This document shows, piece by piece, positions 24,525 to 36,300 of a stretch of 64,000 nucleotides of DNA. The position numbers and the translations under genes were made by a program. This stretch comes from Raja brachyura. Its lineage: Eukaryota. Where the stretch lies: NCBI GenBank assembly GCA_963514005.1, contig OY740806.1, positions 23,374,001-23,438,000 on the forward strand. The letters run 5' to 3'. How positions within the stretch are numbered: the stretch's first letter is position 1; the number at the start of each line of letters is the position of its first letter. The notes beneath the pieces are model-generated. The model made no database searches, was not told the origin of the DNA, and worked only from the letters and a program-made list of their open reading frames with translations.

Positions 24525-25879
24525 TATAATGAAACATTTCTTTAAAACCCAGATCCCAGAAACAGAATTATATTTGTTTTTTTTTCAAGTAACATAATAT
24601 CATTGCTAAATCTTAAACGAGATGCTATTTTACAAAGTTAGATAAAACCAATTGAAATATGTCATAAACTTGAGACAAATAAAACTATAGATTAGGGGAG
24701 GCAGCAGAGTTAGTGTGTTGCGCAGGGCGATGTACAGGGCAACAACAGGAGCTAGAGCAGGTCTGTACACGTCAGGGCAATAGGTAAAGTTAGGACATGC
24801 ACTCACACCAAATCAGCATCATCACAGAAGCAAGAGTGGTGTGAGGAAATTTATTGGAGAGTCTGAAGTATCTGCTTTAGTCAGAGTTAGAACTGATATC
24901 CACCAGGAGGGTGTCTTGTGCCTTGTTAACAGATTTTATGTTCACTTTACCATCAGTACCAAACAGCAAGAACTAGGTGACAGTAATTTCCAGTTATTCA
25001 CACCTGATGGGCTCGCCAAAATTAAGTTTCTCCCTCGAGCCCTGTGAAACACTGAGATGAGGGTTGATATTGAATGGGACAGGAATTAAGAGATGGACAC
25101 TGCAGGTCTGTGGAAATAGCAGCTACCAGGTAGATTTGGTTACAGCTGCTGTTTCTGCCAAATGGAATATAGGGAGCCACATGATTGAACATTGGGGTTA
25201 TTTGTGGTGTGGAGAAACTAATCCTGGGAGGTGATGCTCTAAATGCAAATCAATCGATTATATAAACACAATTCTGGCAGTACAGAATTAACCAGACCCA
25301 GTGCCCACCACATCAACATTTCCAACATCTCGTGTCAGAAGTCTGCTCTGCTATTTTGTGACCAAATTGTTCCAAAACCACAGTATCAGTGAGAGATAAG
25401 CATCTGAAGAAATAAAAAGACGCGACAGCCCTGGCGATGTGTGGATGTGAGGGGTGAATGTGTTGCCAAGTACTTGGAGAACAAAGAATAAGAAACTGTA
25501 TGTTGCAAACACGCTGCATGCCCAGAGTAAAGGCAAGTTCGAGAGGTAGCGGCTCTCCAGCAGAGAAACACCACCCTGTCCCTGCACCTGGTACTTTGCT
25601 CTGAGTGGAGCTTTTGCTACAAAGCAGCTTTGGTCCACAACCCTGATTCTACATCCGATCAGGATCATAACAGCAGATATAATGTGGATCTTGAATCTAG
25701 CTGAGCTACCAAGAGCTTTGCTGTAGTAATGAACTGTGTAATAACACACCTTCTCTCACAGCCCAGCTGTGCTGTCAGTCTTGCAGTCTGTGCGCTAACT
25801 CTCTTCCGTGTAAACTCTGCTTGCTCCATCTCTCACACTCCATGCACCTGCTCTCCCTTGCATTCTCTGTGCACTAGCT

Positions 25880-25880
25880 G

Positions 25881-25912
<32 letters not shown>

Positions 25913-26170
25913 ACCGAGCACCAGCTCGCTCACTCTCTCACATTCACTCAAACTCCAGAAGTCCAGTAACTGACTCAACCCATGAAGCATCTCACCCTCT
26001 CTCACCCTGTGCTTTAACCCTCTCTTACCTAATGGAGCAACTCATTTTCTCTCGCCTCCCGTCTAGTTACTCTTGCATACACCATCAGTACAGTAAGACA
26101 CACACAGAAACAAACACACACACACTCTCTCTCTCTCTCTCTCTCTATAGCTTTTTCACACACACACACC
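25880..26170. repeat. (CT)n/(CA)n microsatellite cluster in the ARHGEF12 3'UTR region
   Basis: tctctctc...cacacaca runs at 25880-25911 and 26099-26169; another (CT)n at ~27193-27213. Confidence 0.85.
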
Positions 26171-27271
26171 CCAGCAGTGTAATAACTCTCTTACCCTGAT
26201 TACATGGTAACTCTCCATTACCCCCCAGCTGTCTATTCCACCGTCCCCATTGCTGGAACTCAGCACGTGGGCTCCATGCATTCACCAGATCTTAATCTTC
26301 ATCTGCAAATCAGCTTAAAACAGGCTATGAAAATAAAAATTATAACAAAACAATTGCATTTATCATAGCAAGTGAATACAAATAAATACATCTCGATTTC
26401 ATCAAACTCTAAGCTGATTTTCTGCTGATTTTTCTGTACATTTGGTTTTTGGAGATGTGGAGAGCGAGATCAGTTCTATAATTGAAAGAGGTGTGTGCAT
26501 ACGTGGGAGGGCGATTTCATCAGCCAATCCGGGATGCACCCATAACTGGCAATACACACCAATACAGGCAGGACTCACTGATACACCATCCCAAAAATGA
26601 CCCAGAAATCTGCGGCATTTGAACAAACAATCAGTTCCACAAATGTCTCTAAAGTCCAGAGCTAGCAGGAGCTTCAAGGGGTCATCTCCAAGCACCCATA
26701 TGTTCCATCACCAAGCCTGGCTTGATTCCACTTTAGAACAAACTCCATTAACTGTCTCCTGTAGGCAAAGCAGAGAGATTGTTTCACACACAACCCATAA
26801 TATAGTTCATGCTCACTTGCCCCTTCTCCCCATTTCCCCAAACCCAGCATCTGATCCATCCGTTCTGTTCAATTTACTCCATCTCAATGTATTCAACAAT
26901 TCCATTATCCTTTTGATGAAAATAACTTGCAGAATTAATTTTAGCGACTCCCTCTATCATCCAATAAATTAGCATGCTCCAATCATGTTTCCTCACAACA
27001 GTATTTATTACAGCTCTGTTCATTATTGGATCCACAGAGACACTGAGACTGGGCCTGTTTGCATTGGCGCGCAGTGACAGGGCTGCACAGTTCTTCACAG
27101 CGGATTTTTCATTGCAAGATTTGCTCCTGATCTTTCCAATGGGGAAAAGTAATGATTGACAGGATATTTCAGGCAAAAGAAACATTGGGAATTCTCTCTC
27201 TCTCTCTCTCTCTCCATAAGAACACAAAGACAGGAATATGCTCATATTGCCCCTTATACCTGTTATGTCAT

Positions 27272-27318
27272 TCAGTGTATCACAACTGATTCCATATTTT
27301 CTTCATCTGTTGCTACCT
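27272..27318 (-). CDS. ARHGEF12: Putative ARHGEF12 terminal coding exon [15 protein letters not shown]
   Basis: Pyrimidine-rich acceptor ctctttgacctccAG, phase matches the GC donor, followed by ~2.8 kb TE-free UTR-like sequence. Confidence 0.55.
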
Positions 27319-30300
27319 CTGGAGGTCAAAGAGCAATCAAACTCGTATTTTAAGATCAACAATTGCCGCCTGTGGAATGTTTCAGACATCTAACGCCCTT
27401 TGCGAAACTTTGATCCCAGAAACCTTGGCTTTATTAGATAAACCATAATTCACATTGTTATTGCTTGCAACGACAAATGTTCTGTGGATCCTTAACATCA
27501 AGAAACACAATTTTATGGCACAGAAATGGGCATTTTCATCCATGCCAGTGATGTGTATCTATGCTAATCCTATTTGCTTAAATTATGCCTGTATCTCTCT
27601 ACGCCGACCCCAAGTATCTCTCCAAATGCCACTTAAACATTGGAATTCTATCTGCTTCCATCGCCTTTTCTGACCTGTTATTTCAGATAACAACCAGTCC
27701 TTCAGATCTCCTTTACATTTTTACACTCGCACCTTAAACCTGCGCACCTGGTTCTAGTTTCCCCTATCCTGGGGAAAATGACTGATAATCCATTCTACCT
27801 ATATCCCCTCATAATTTGAAAGAGATGCAAGGTCACCCCTCATTCTCCTACAATCCAGCCCATCCAATCTCTGTTTATAACTCCATCACTCATTATCAGT
27901 GAAGGTTATCATGGTTGGAGTGTGCTCTACTGATAATTTAATCCCTGATATCCAAGCATCATTCTTCCAAATCTCCATTGCACTCACTCCAAAGTCAATA
28001 GACCCTTTCAAAAGCACAATGCCCAGAGCTGCTCACAATACTGCGACTGTGATCTGACCCAAGGCAAGGGCAGCTGCAGAATAATCCCTACCCTCACATC
28101 CAGTTCTCCAGCATCCTGCAAGTCTCTTTACCCTTGTCAATAATTGAATCCACATACAACCTTGGAATCCACAGTCTATTTGTTCAGAAATAACGACCTA
28201 TCCTTTTAGATCATTCAAAGTTGTGCCTCGGATAAGCAAGGTCATTGTAAAAGTCAAGAATGAAGATGTAATTCTTTGAGTGACAGAGGGAATAGGAAAG
28301 GTATGCTACATCTATATAGAACTTTGTTCAGACTACACTGAAGTATTGTGTATAGTTCTGGATCCCATGTTACCCAAAAGGATGCAGAGGCAATGGAGAA
28401 CATTTACAAGGGTGATAGTAACATTGCTGGATATGTACATCACCACAGGGAGAACATGCTTGGTTCCACTTCTCAAGATAATTGAAGGGACAGAGAAAGG
28501 ACTATAACATTGAAAATAAAATTGATAGAGATTACGGAGAGCATGTTTCCACGTGGGGAAAAGTATAACTAGTGATCATTTAATTACAATAATTACCAAG
28601 AAATCTGAATTGAGAAGAAATGTATTTACCAGAGTGGTAAAAAATAGACCTCCTATTTCAGAAGCAGCTGGATTAGCAGAGGGAGACGGGAAAATTGGGT
28701 TACACTTGACTTAGATGAGAAAACACAGGAAGAGGGTCAAGTGGAATACAATTACCCAAATGGACTGGATGGATTGAATTACCTATTCTTTAGTCATAAT
28801 GTCAAGACTGCAGAAGAAAACATTCATGGATATTTCCCATCAACCACTTCTGTCACCCCCAACAAAAATCTCAGATTTATCAGGTATTAACATTTTCAGT
28901 GTTCAGATATCTGGTTCTTAATTTAAATATATAGTCTTACGGGACTATAATTCCCTGTGAAGGTTCCTTGACCCAAAACATAACAGGTTTTTCTTTCCAC
29001 AAATCCTGCATGATGAGGCCGAGTTCTTCCAGTATTTGGTTTGTTTCAGATTCCAACATCTGCTGTTTTATTGGTTTTATGTAATTCCTACCAACCTTCT
29101 TAAGCAGCAAAATGACAAGCATAATCTTCTAATTTAAAGGAATGGCTTGTGAACCAAGACAATTATGGTAGCGCATGGTTAAAGTATCCCCTCTATCTGC
29201 GCAGACTGCTTTCTGTTAAGGGCCTGTTCTTTGAGTGGGAGCAAAATGGCGATTAACATCGCAATGTAATCAGACACTTGCCTGTTGGCTCATGCGAAGC
29301 TGAGAGCTCCAGGACATGCTGACTGTGGCATTCCAGCTCCAACTCCTGAAATGAACAGTGAAAGAATAAGTTTAGACACAAAAATCACCTTCAGTTAGTA
29401 GCTAAGGCTACGGACTGCAGCTAAATGTAGCTCTTTATTTCAATAGACAATAGGTGCAGGAGTAGGCCATTTGGCCTTTCGAGCCAGCACCCCCATTCAT
29501 TGTGATCATGGCTGATCAACCACAATCAGTACCCCGTTCCTGCCTTTTCCCCATATCCCCTGACTCTGCTATCTTTAAGAGCTCTAGCCAACTCTCTATT
29601 GAAAGGATACAGAAAATTGGCCTCCACTGCCTTCTGAGGCAGAGAATCCACAGATTCACAACCCTCTGTGTGAAAAAGTTTTTCCTCATCTCCTTTCTCA
29701 AATGCTTACCCTTTACTCGTAACTGTGGCCCCCGGTTCTGGACTCCCACAAAATCGGGACCACGTTTCCTGCATCTACCGTGTCCAAACCGTTAATAATC
29801 TTATGTTTCAATAAGGGACGCTCTCATCCTTCTAAATTCCAGAGCATACAAGCTCAGCCGCTCCATTCTATCAACATATGACAGTCCCACCATCCCAAGA
29901 ATTAACCTTGTGAACCTACGCTGCACTCCCTCAATAGCAAGCATATCCTTCCTCAAATTTGGAGACCAGAACTGCACACAATACTCCAGGTGTAGTCTCA
30001 CTAGGGCCCTGTACAGCTGCAGAAGGACCTCTTTGCTCTTGTACTCAACTCCTCATGTTATGAAGGCGAACATGCCATTAGTTTTTTTCACTGCCTGCTG
30101 TACCTGCATGCTTACTTTCAGTGACTGATGAACAAGGAGCCCCAGGTCTCGTTGTACTTCCCCTTTTACAAGATCTGGGGGGTCCTTGTTCATCAGTCAC
30201 TGAGCTCCTGTCAACACCACACAGCAGGTCAGCAAATGTGCTCCTGGATTACTGACCATTTGAAATGAGAGATAGTATTCACTAAAGCTCTTCAATTATC

Positions 30301-33300
30301 TTCAACCTTGTGGACATTTTTACCTTTACCCATTCTCTTACAATGTGCAACTCTGTTTGTGAGGATAAGACACACATGCATTACCAGATCCCGTGATCTC
30401 TATTAGAGTTTGCCCAAATTCTCAATTTCAAGCAGCCATTGTCATTGTTACCAGGAAATGTCAGAGTTTTCATTTTGTTATTTTAACAATACAAAGGAAA
30501 CTGGTGGTGAACTTAAGTTCAGGAGAAAGCAACTCTGATTTGGATACATGCTTTGAGCTGGGGATTATATCACGCAAAACACTGAAGTCTGGAGAAGGAT
30601 CCCGAGCCGAAACGACAGCTATCCCAGAGAAATTATAACCTCACCTTTTTTCTCCTCCTAATGATATAATTTAATTTTAGATACATTCTGAACACTGGCT
30701 AATTTTTGCAAATCACACTGACAATGAAAATTCACCATTGAACACAACCTCGGGATGGGGTGCCAGTACTCAGTACCAGGCTATGCGGACTGGATAGATC
30801 TCAATACGCATATTACCTTTAAATATTTCAGATCAGACTCGATACTATGAATTAATTGGAGGATTTGGTTGCGCACATGTGATGTAGGAAGCAGCTGTCT
30901 AATTCCTGCCTCTGGGCCTTCTGCATTACAAGGATCAGTTGCACTGTTGCTTTCCCTCGCCTCTGTGCTCTGGGTGAGACAATCCACAGAATAATCAGAT
31001 GGAAGTGTAGACATTTCTACTTCATCAGTGGAGCTTCCTTCTGTCTGTGGAAATTCATCCAGGGTTATAAAGTTCCCTGCCAAAGTGAACAAAGATTTTA
31101 ATAAAAGTTAGTGATACCTCTTGACGATCTCAGGCTGGATTGAAGAATGTTTCTCACAAATACAACAGGACAGAACCCAGAAGCTCTCTTTATAACTACC
31201 CAAACCAATACAATATTTCAAGTGACGTAACTACTCAACTCTTGTGGGAAGTCAAGACTATTCAAGAATGCACAGATGGTGTGGAAAACTACTTAGTAAT
31301 TAGTCTCAAGAACTCAAAAAGGAGGACAAATTTTAAACTTGACATAAGGGTAACAACCCAAAATGTCACATATTCCTTTTCTCCAGAGATGCTGTCTGAC
31401 CCACTGAGTACTCCAGCTTTTTGTGTCTATCTTCAGACAAAATCCCTGATGGGAACACATTTCCTTGGAGAATGGACACCAGTTGTGCAAGCAGTTCGTG
31501 CTTATAACCAACCTGATGAACGGGCTTGTGACTTTGCCTCCTCTTCTCGATTTGGACTTGAACTGTTCCCTTGTAATCGATGCTCATCCGAGTGATCTTC
31601 TGGGGCGTCGTAGAATCTATCTCCACCATCTTCAGCTACCAAGTCTGGTCCACGTCCTTCAGTTGGGATACGTTCGCCGTGGCCCGCTTCCAGTGTGAAC
31701 TGACGGGGAAGTTTAGTCCTTTCACTAATTCTTGTGTCAGCCTCTACTTCCTCCATTGTCCCATTGGCTATCTCCAGCTGATGCTGCAGTGCCTTGTTGG
31801 GTGCCCCACCTTGACAACACATCGTGCTGTTGGATGGTTCATCAGTCCCCTGCTTTGGTGACGGCAGTAAACTGTCATCTGCTGGAAGGTGCCGAATAGA
31901 TGCCCCATCACTGGCATCATCTTCCGAACCCATCGCATGAGCCGAAAGCAATCGCCTCAAGGAGTGAACTATAGAGATGGAGAGAAGGCTGCAGTGAATC
32001 AAATGCTTAGAAACTTTGCAGCAATCAAGAAACATTTTCACTTACAAGCATTATTTACCTTTAAATATCTGCCAGTATGACAATGGGCAACTGTGGTTGA
32101 GAATTGGCAGAGGACAAATCAGCCTGCAAGAAGCCCTTGCTGAAAAATGTCAGTAAATGTAGGAATTGAGACCTCTGTGTATCCCACCACTGCAAAGGCT
32201 CCGAGATGGACCCCTGTGACAAGTAGTCATTTCCCCTTATCATACCTACAGCCCGAGATGACAGAGAGCGTTTACTTACGGTTTATTAGTGCAGCCTCAG
32301 CTCTCGAGTAAGCGATTGATGACATTGAACCCCGAGCCCGACTTGAATAGTGCAACTCAGTGCTTCTGTAGGGGGGCCGCCCTGCAGTCGGTCTTCGGAG
32401 GTTGTTATAGTCCTGTATGTACCTGGGCTGCTCCTCTGCCTCCTGCGTGGGGATGATCGCACTATGTTTCTGTTTGTTGTTCGCTGAGAGATTCGCTGCC
32501 AGCGGGTCATCAACCTCTTTACCTGTGACAGAGATCAATTACTCAGACCATGCAAGAAGCTTATTTTGCCTGTGTTCCTGATGACCATTTAAGATCTGGA
32601 ATAGTAGAATGAGGCCATTCGGCCCATCAAGTCTACTCCGCCAATCAAACACGACTGATCTTTCTCTCCCTCCTAACCCCATTCTCCTGTCCTCTCCCCA
32701 TACCCTCTGGTACCTGCACGAATCAAGAATTCCCTTTGACTCTAGCGAAGCACCTGTACATACAATTGCAGAGGATTGCAATGGCATTTAATAAGACAAG
32801 ATACAGATGAACAGGATGACCATTGAAGCATCACTTGCTTTTGGTTTAATTGAAGCCATAATTATATCCACGCCTCTCTGTACAAGCAGCTCACATTTTC
32901 TCTCACACCTTTGAAAATTACACTTTTTTTTTTTAACAGAGAATATCAGGAAATCTAGAAATAAAAGATTAGAGTCATTTCCAAACTGAATGATGATCTA
33001 CAGATGGAAGCATATCAAACATGCAAATCTCTCCCATAAAACACCGAGAAAAGCAATCTAAATAACATTCTCATAAATAAGTGCCTTTGATTCACAAGGC
33101 ACACTCATAAACAGCTGTGTATTGATTCGGGTATCCTGGGAACATACTGTTCCTTGCTACATTTTGGTACCTTGTGTTGGATCACTGCTGTTTGATATCC
33201 TTGCTGTGGCTTTGCTTGATCCACCTTGCTGGACTGTGCTCAGATTCTCCTCATCCTCTTGCTCACTCCTGCATTCAATATGCAATCATTACATTAGTTT

Positions 33301-36300
33301 GGGGGAGGAGTTGGGGGGCAGGAAAGAAACATACACACATGCACACCCACACACAGCCAGTGTTATTTTTGAACGAGGTAGCTGGTATCCCCACATGTGG
33401 GTTCGTGCACTTCTTTCAAAAAAGAGTTTTGTTTCCATGACACCTCAAATGCAAATGAATATCTCCGGGGCATCAAACATTATGAATTGATACGAGCAAA
33501 TCTTGTCATGAAGGAAGACAAAACCTTGCTCACATATATGTTTTCAAAAGGAGTACAAAGGATAAGGAGGGGTTTGCAGGAAAAAAACTGCTGGTTTCAA
33601 TCGAAGGTAGACACAAAATGCTGGAGTAACTCAGTGGGACAGGCTGCATCTCCGGAGAGAAGGAATGGGTGACGTTTCGGGTCGAGACCCTTCTTTTGAC
33701 TGATTAATGAGGATACGGAGGGAACTGATCAGTACCATAAATGGCAGGAAGTGAGAACAGATTTGACACAAGAAGCCAGAATTCAAAAGAACACGAGAAA
33801 AACAATCTGGAGACTACCTGACCCCTCAAGTCTGTCCCTCTGTGCAATATGATCATAGCCTTAACTCCTCTTCTGTGGAAGTTTTCCCACAACCCTCAAT
33901 TCCTTAACTTAAAAATATACCTTAAAAAAATGTATATATATCGTCTTTAAATACTCCAACGAGTATAGCATCTATCACCCATATTATGATTGGCACGGTG
34001 GCGCAGCAATAGAGTTGTGCCGAGACTCAGATTCGATCCCAACCATGGGTGCTGTCTGTACGGAGTTTGTACGTTCTCCCCGTAACCTGCGTGAGTTTTC
34101 TCCGAGATTTTCGGTTTCTTACCACACTCCAAAGACGTACAGGTTTGTAGGTAAATTGGTTTGGTAAAAGTTTAAAACAATTGTCCCCAGTGTATGTAGG
34201 ATAGTGTTAAGAGTTAGTTAGGGATCGTTGGTAAGCGCGGACACGGTGGGCCGAAGGGCCTGTCTCCGCTCTGTATCTCTAAAACTAAAACTATCCGGGG
34301 AAGAGATTTCCAGAGATCTGTATGGGGACTGATGATGAGCAGAGTATATCCAGGTTGGGCCTCATCAACATTCTATAACAATACATCCCTATTTCTAAAC
34401 ACGTCATAAAGGCCAAATACTATTTGTCTTTCTAACTATTAGTTGTACCAGTCTGTTACATTTTACGATTTATGCACAAGACCATTGAGATGTGGCAGGG
34501 AAATAATTGAAGAATCTTGGGGATGGTATTTACTTGCGTTTGAAAAAGCATAAACCTATTTCGGAAAATTAGCATGGCTTTGTATGGGGGAGAATGTCTC
34601 ATAAATTTGAAGAAGTGACAAAGATAATGGATGGTATCTACAGTACATGTACTTTAGCAAAGCTTCTGACAAGGTCCCCCAAGATATGTTGGTAGAATGG
34701 ATTAAGTCAAATAGGATGCACAGTGGGTTGGTAAATTGGATAAGGTCACACGCCTGCCTCCTTTGATCCAGTCGAAAAAGTGCAAGCCAATTCAATCTCT
34801 CCTCATCTCAAGCCCTCCATTCCAGGCAACATTCCTGTGGAGCTGTTGTGCACCGTCTCTAGCTTTCATATAGTGTGGTGACCAGAACTACACACAATAC
34901 CCCAAGCATAGCCTACTCACTAATTTGTACAACTAGAACATGATATCCCACTCCTATGCTTTGGCTGATGAGGGCAAACATACTATATGCCTTCTTCACC
35001 ACTTTCAGGGAACTGTGCACTTGAACCCCGAGGTTTTGCTGTTCAATAACGTTACGCAGGGATGTTCCATTCACTCCGAGCCCTGGCAGGTATAACTGTC
35101 TAAAATGCATCACTTTACATTGGTTTGTGTTAAATTCCATCTGCCATTCCCTGTTCCCAGTTGATCTTGATGCTTCTGCTACCTTAGACGATCTACTTCA
35201 TTCTCCACAATTATACCAATTTTGATGTCATCTGTAAACATATTGAAATCTTCAAATGCAAACAGTAAAATAGCAGGACCCTTAGGAGCATTGATGTATG
35301 GAGGAATCTGGAGTCCAACTTCCTGAAAGTGGCAGTGCAATAGGATAGTGGTACAAACCTAATATGGCAGGAAAAAAGTCAGGGGGTTACCTTGTGGTGG
35401 CATAAAACTTTGGTTATGTTATACTTGTGAGTATTGTGTGCAGTCCTGGTCCCCACACCATAGAAAGGACATTTAGGCTTGAGAGAAGGTGCAAGAGAGA
35501 TTCACCAGGCTGTTGTTTGGATTTGACTCTTAACTATAAGGAGACGTTGGACAAACTTGGGTTGTTTTTGCTGGAGCAGAGGGTGAGGGGCGACCTGATA
35601 GAAGTTTATAAAGTATGAAAGGCATGAACTGCCTACCCTAGGAAAGAGACACTGGCTATCTACCTATCTAAGCCTCATAATTTTGTGTACCTCGTATAAT
35701 TTCATCTTAGCCTCCTACACTCCATCCATTTCAAGCTCTGTGGATAATGCAAGCTATCCATCCAGGCAAAATCCTGGTAAATCATTACTGCACACTCTCC
35801 AACTTAATCATCCTTCCTGGAGTGTGGCTATCAGAGCCACACACAATATTCCAAGTGTGGACTAACTGACGTTGTGTGCAACATGACATCCTACAGTGAC
35901 ATACATCAAATGTGTTGCATAGTGTTGCAAAGTCCAAATATCCTCAACACAATGTGTTCTCCCAAAGATTTCTGGTAGAGGAGAGTTATGGGCCCATGTG
36001 AGATTTCTCAGTGTGGAAACAGTTACAGCAAAAGGGAATCATCAGCATTCTTTCTTGACAAGCACCAATTAGTGTAAATTCACAAAATGTATCCAGCTGT
36101 TCCCTGTTACACCGTTAGGCCAAAGGATGAAGCCCAACACTTGAATGAAAATACTCTGCTGACCTTTTTATCCTCCCCCCCCCCCAATATTAGCAAAGCC
36201 GCATAAAAATAGCTCGGATGATTGAGAAGTTTCATCATCACTTGGATCAAGACAGTTACAGAGCTGTTTTTCATCTGCAAAATATTTATGGACTGCACTG

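Noticed and set aside
25729-26199. 156-aa ORF on +
   Set aside because: Built from (CT)n/(CA)n microsatellites in the ARHGEF12 3'UTR region; LSLS/HTHT low complexity
33992-34060. tRNA-like sequence (A/B-box-like motifs)
   Set aside because: It is the head of a V-SINE, followed by the V-domain and LINE-like tail; no full cloverleaf
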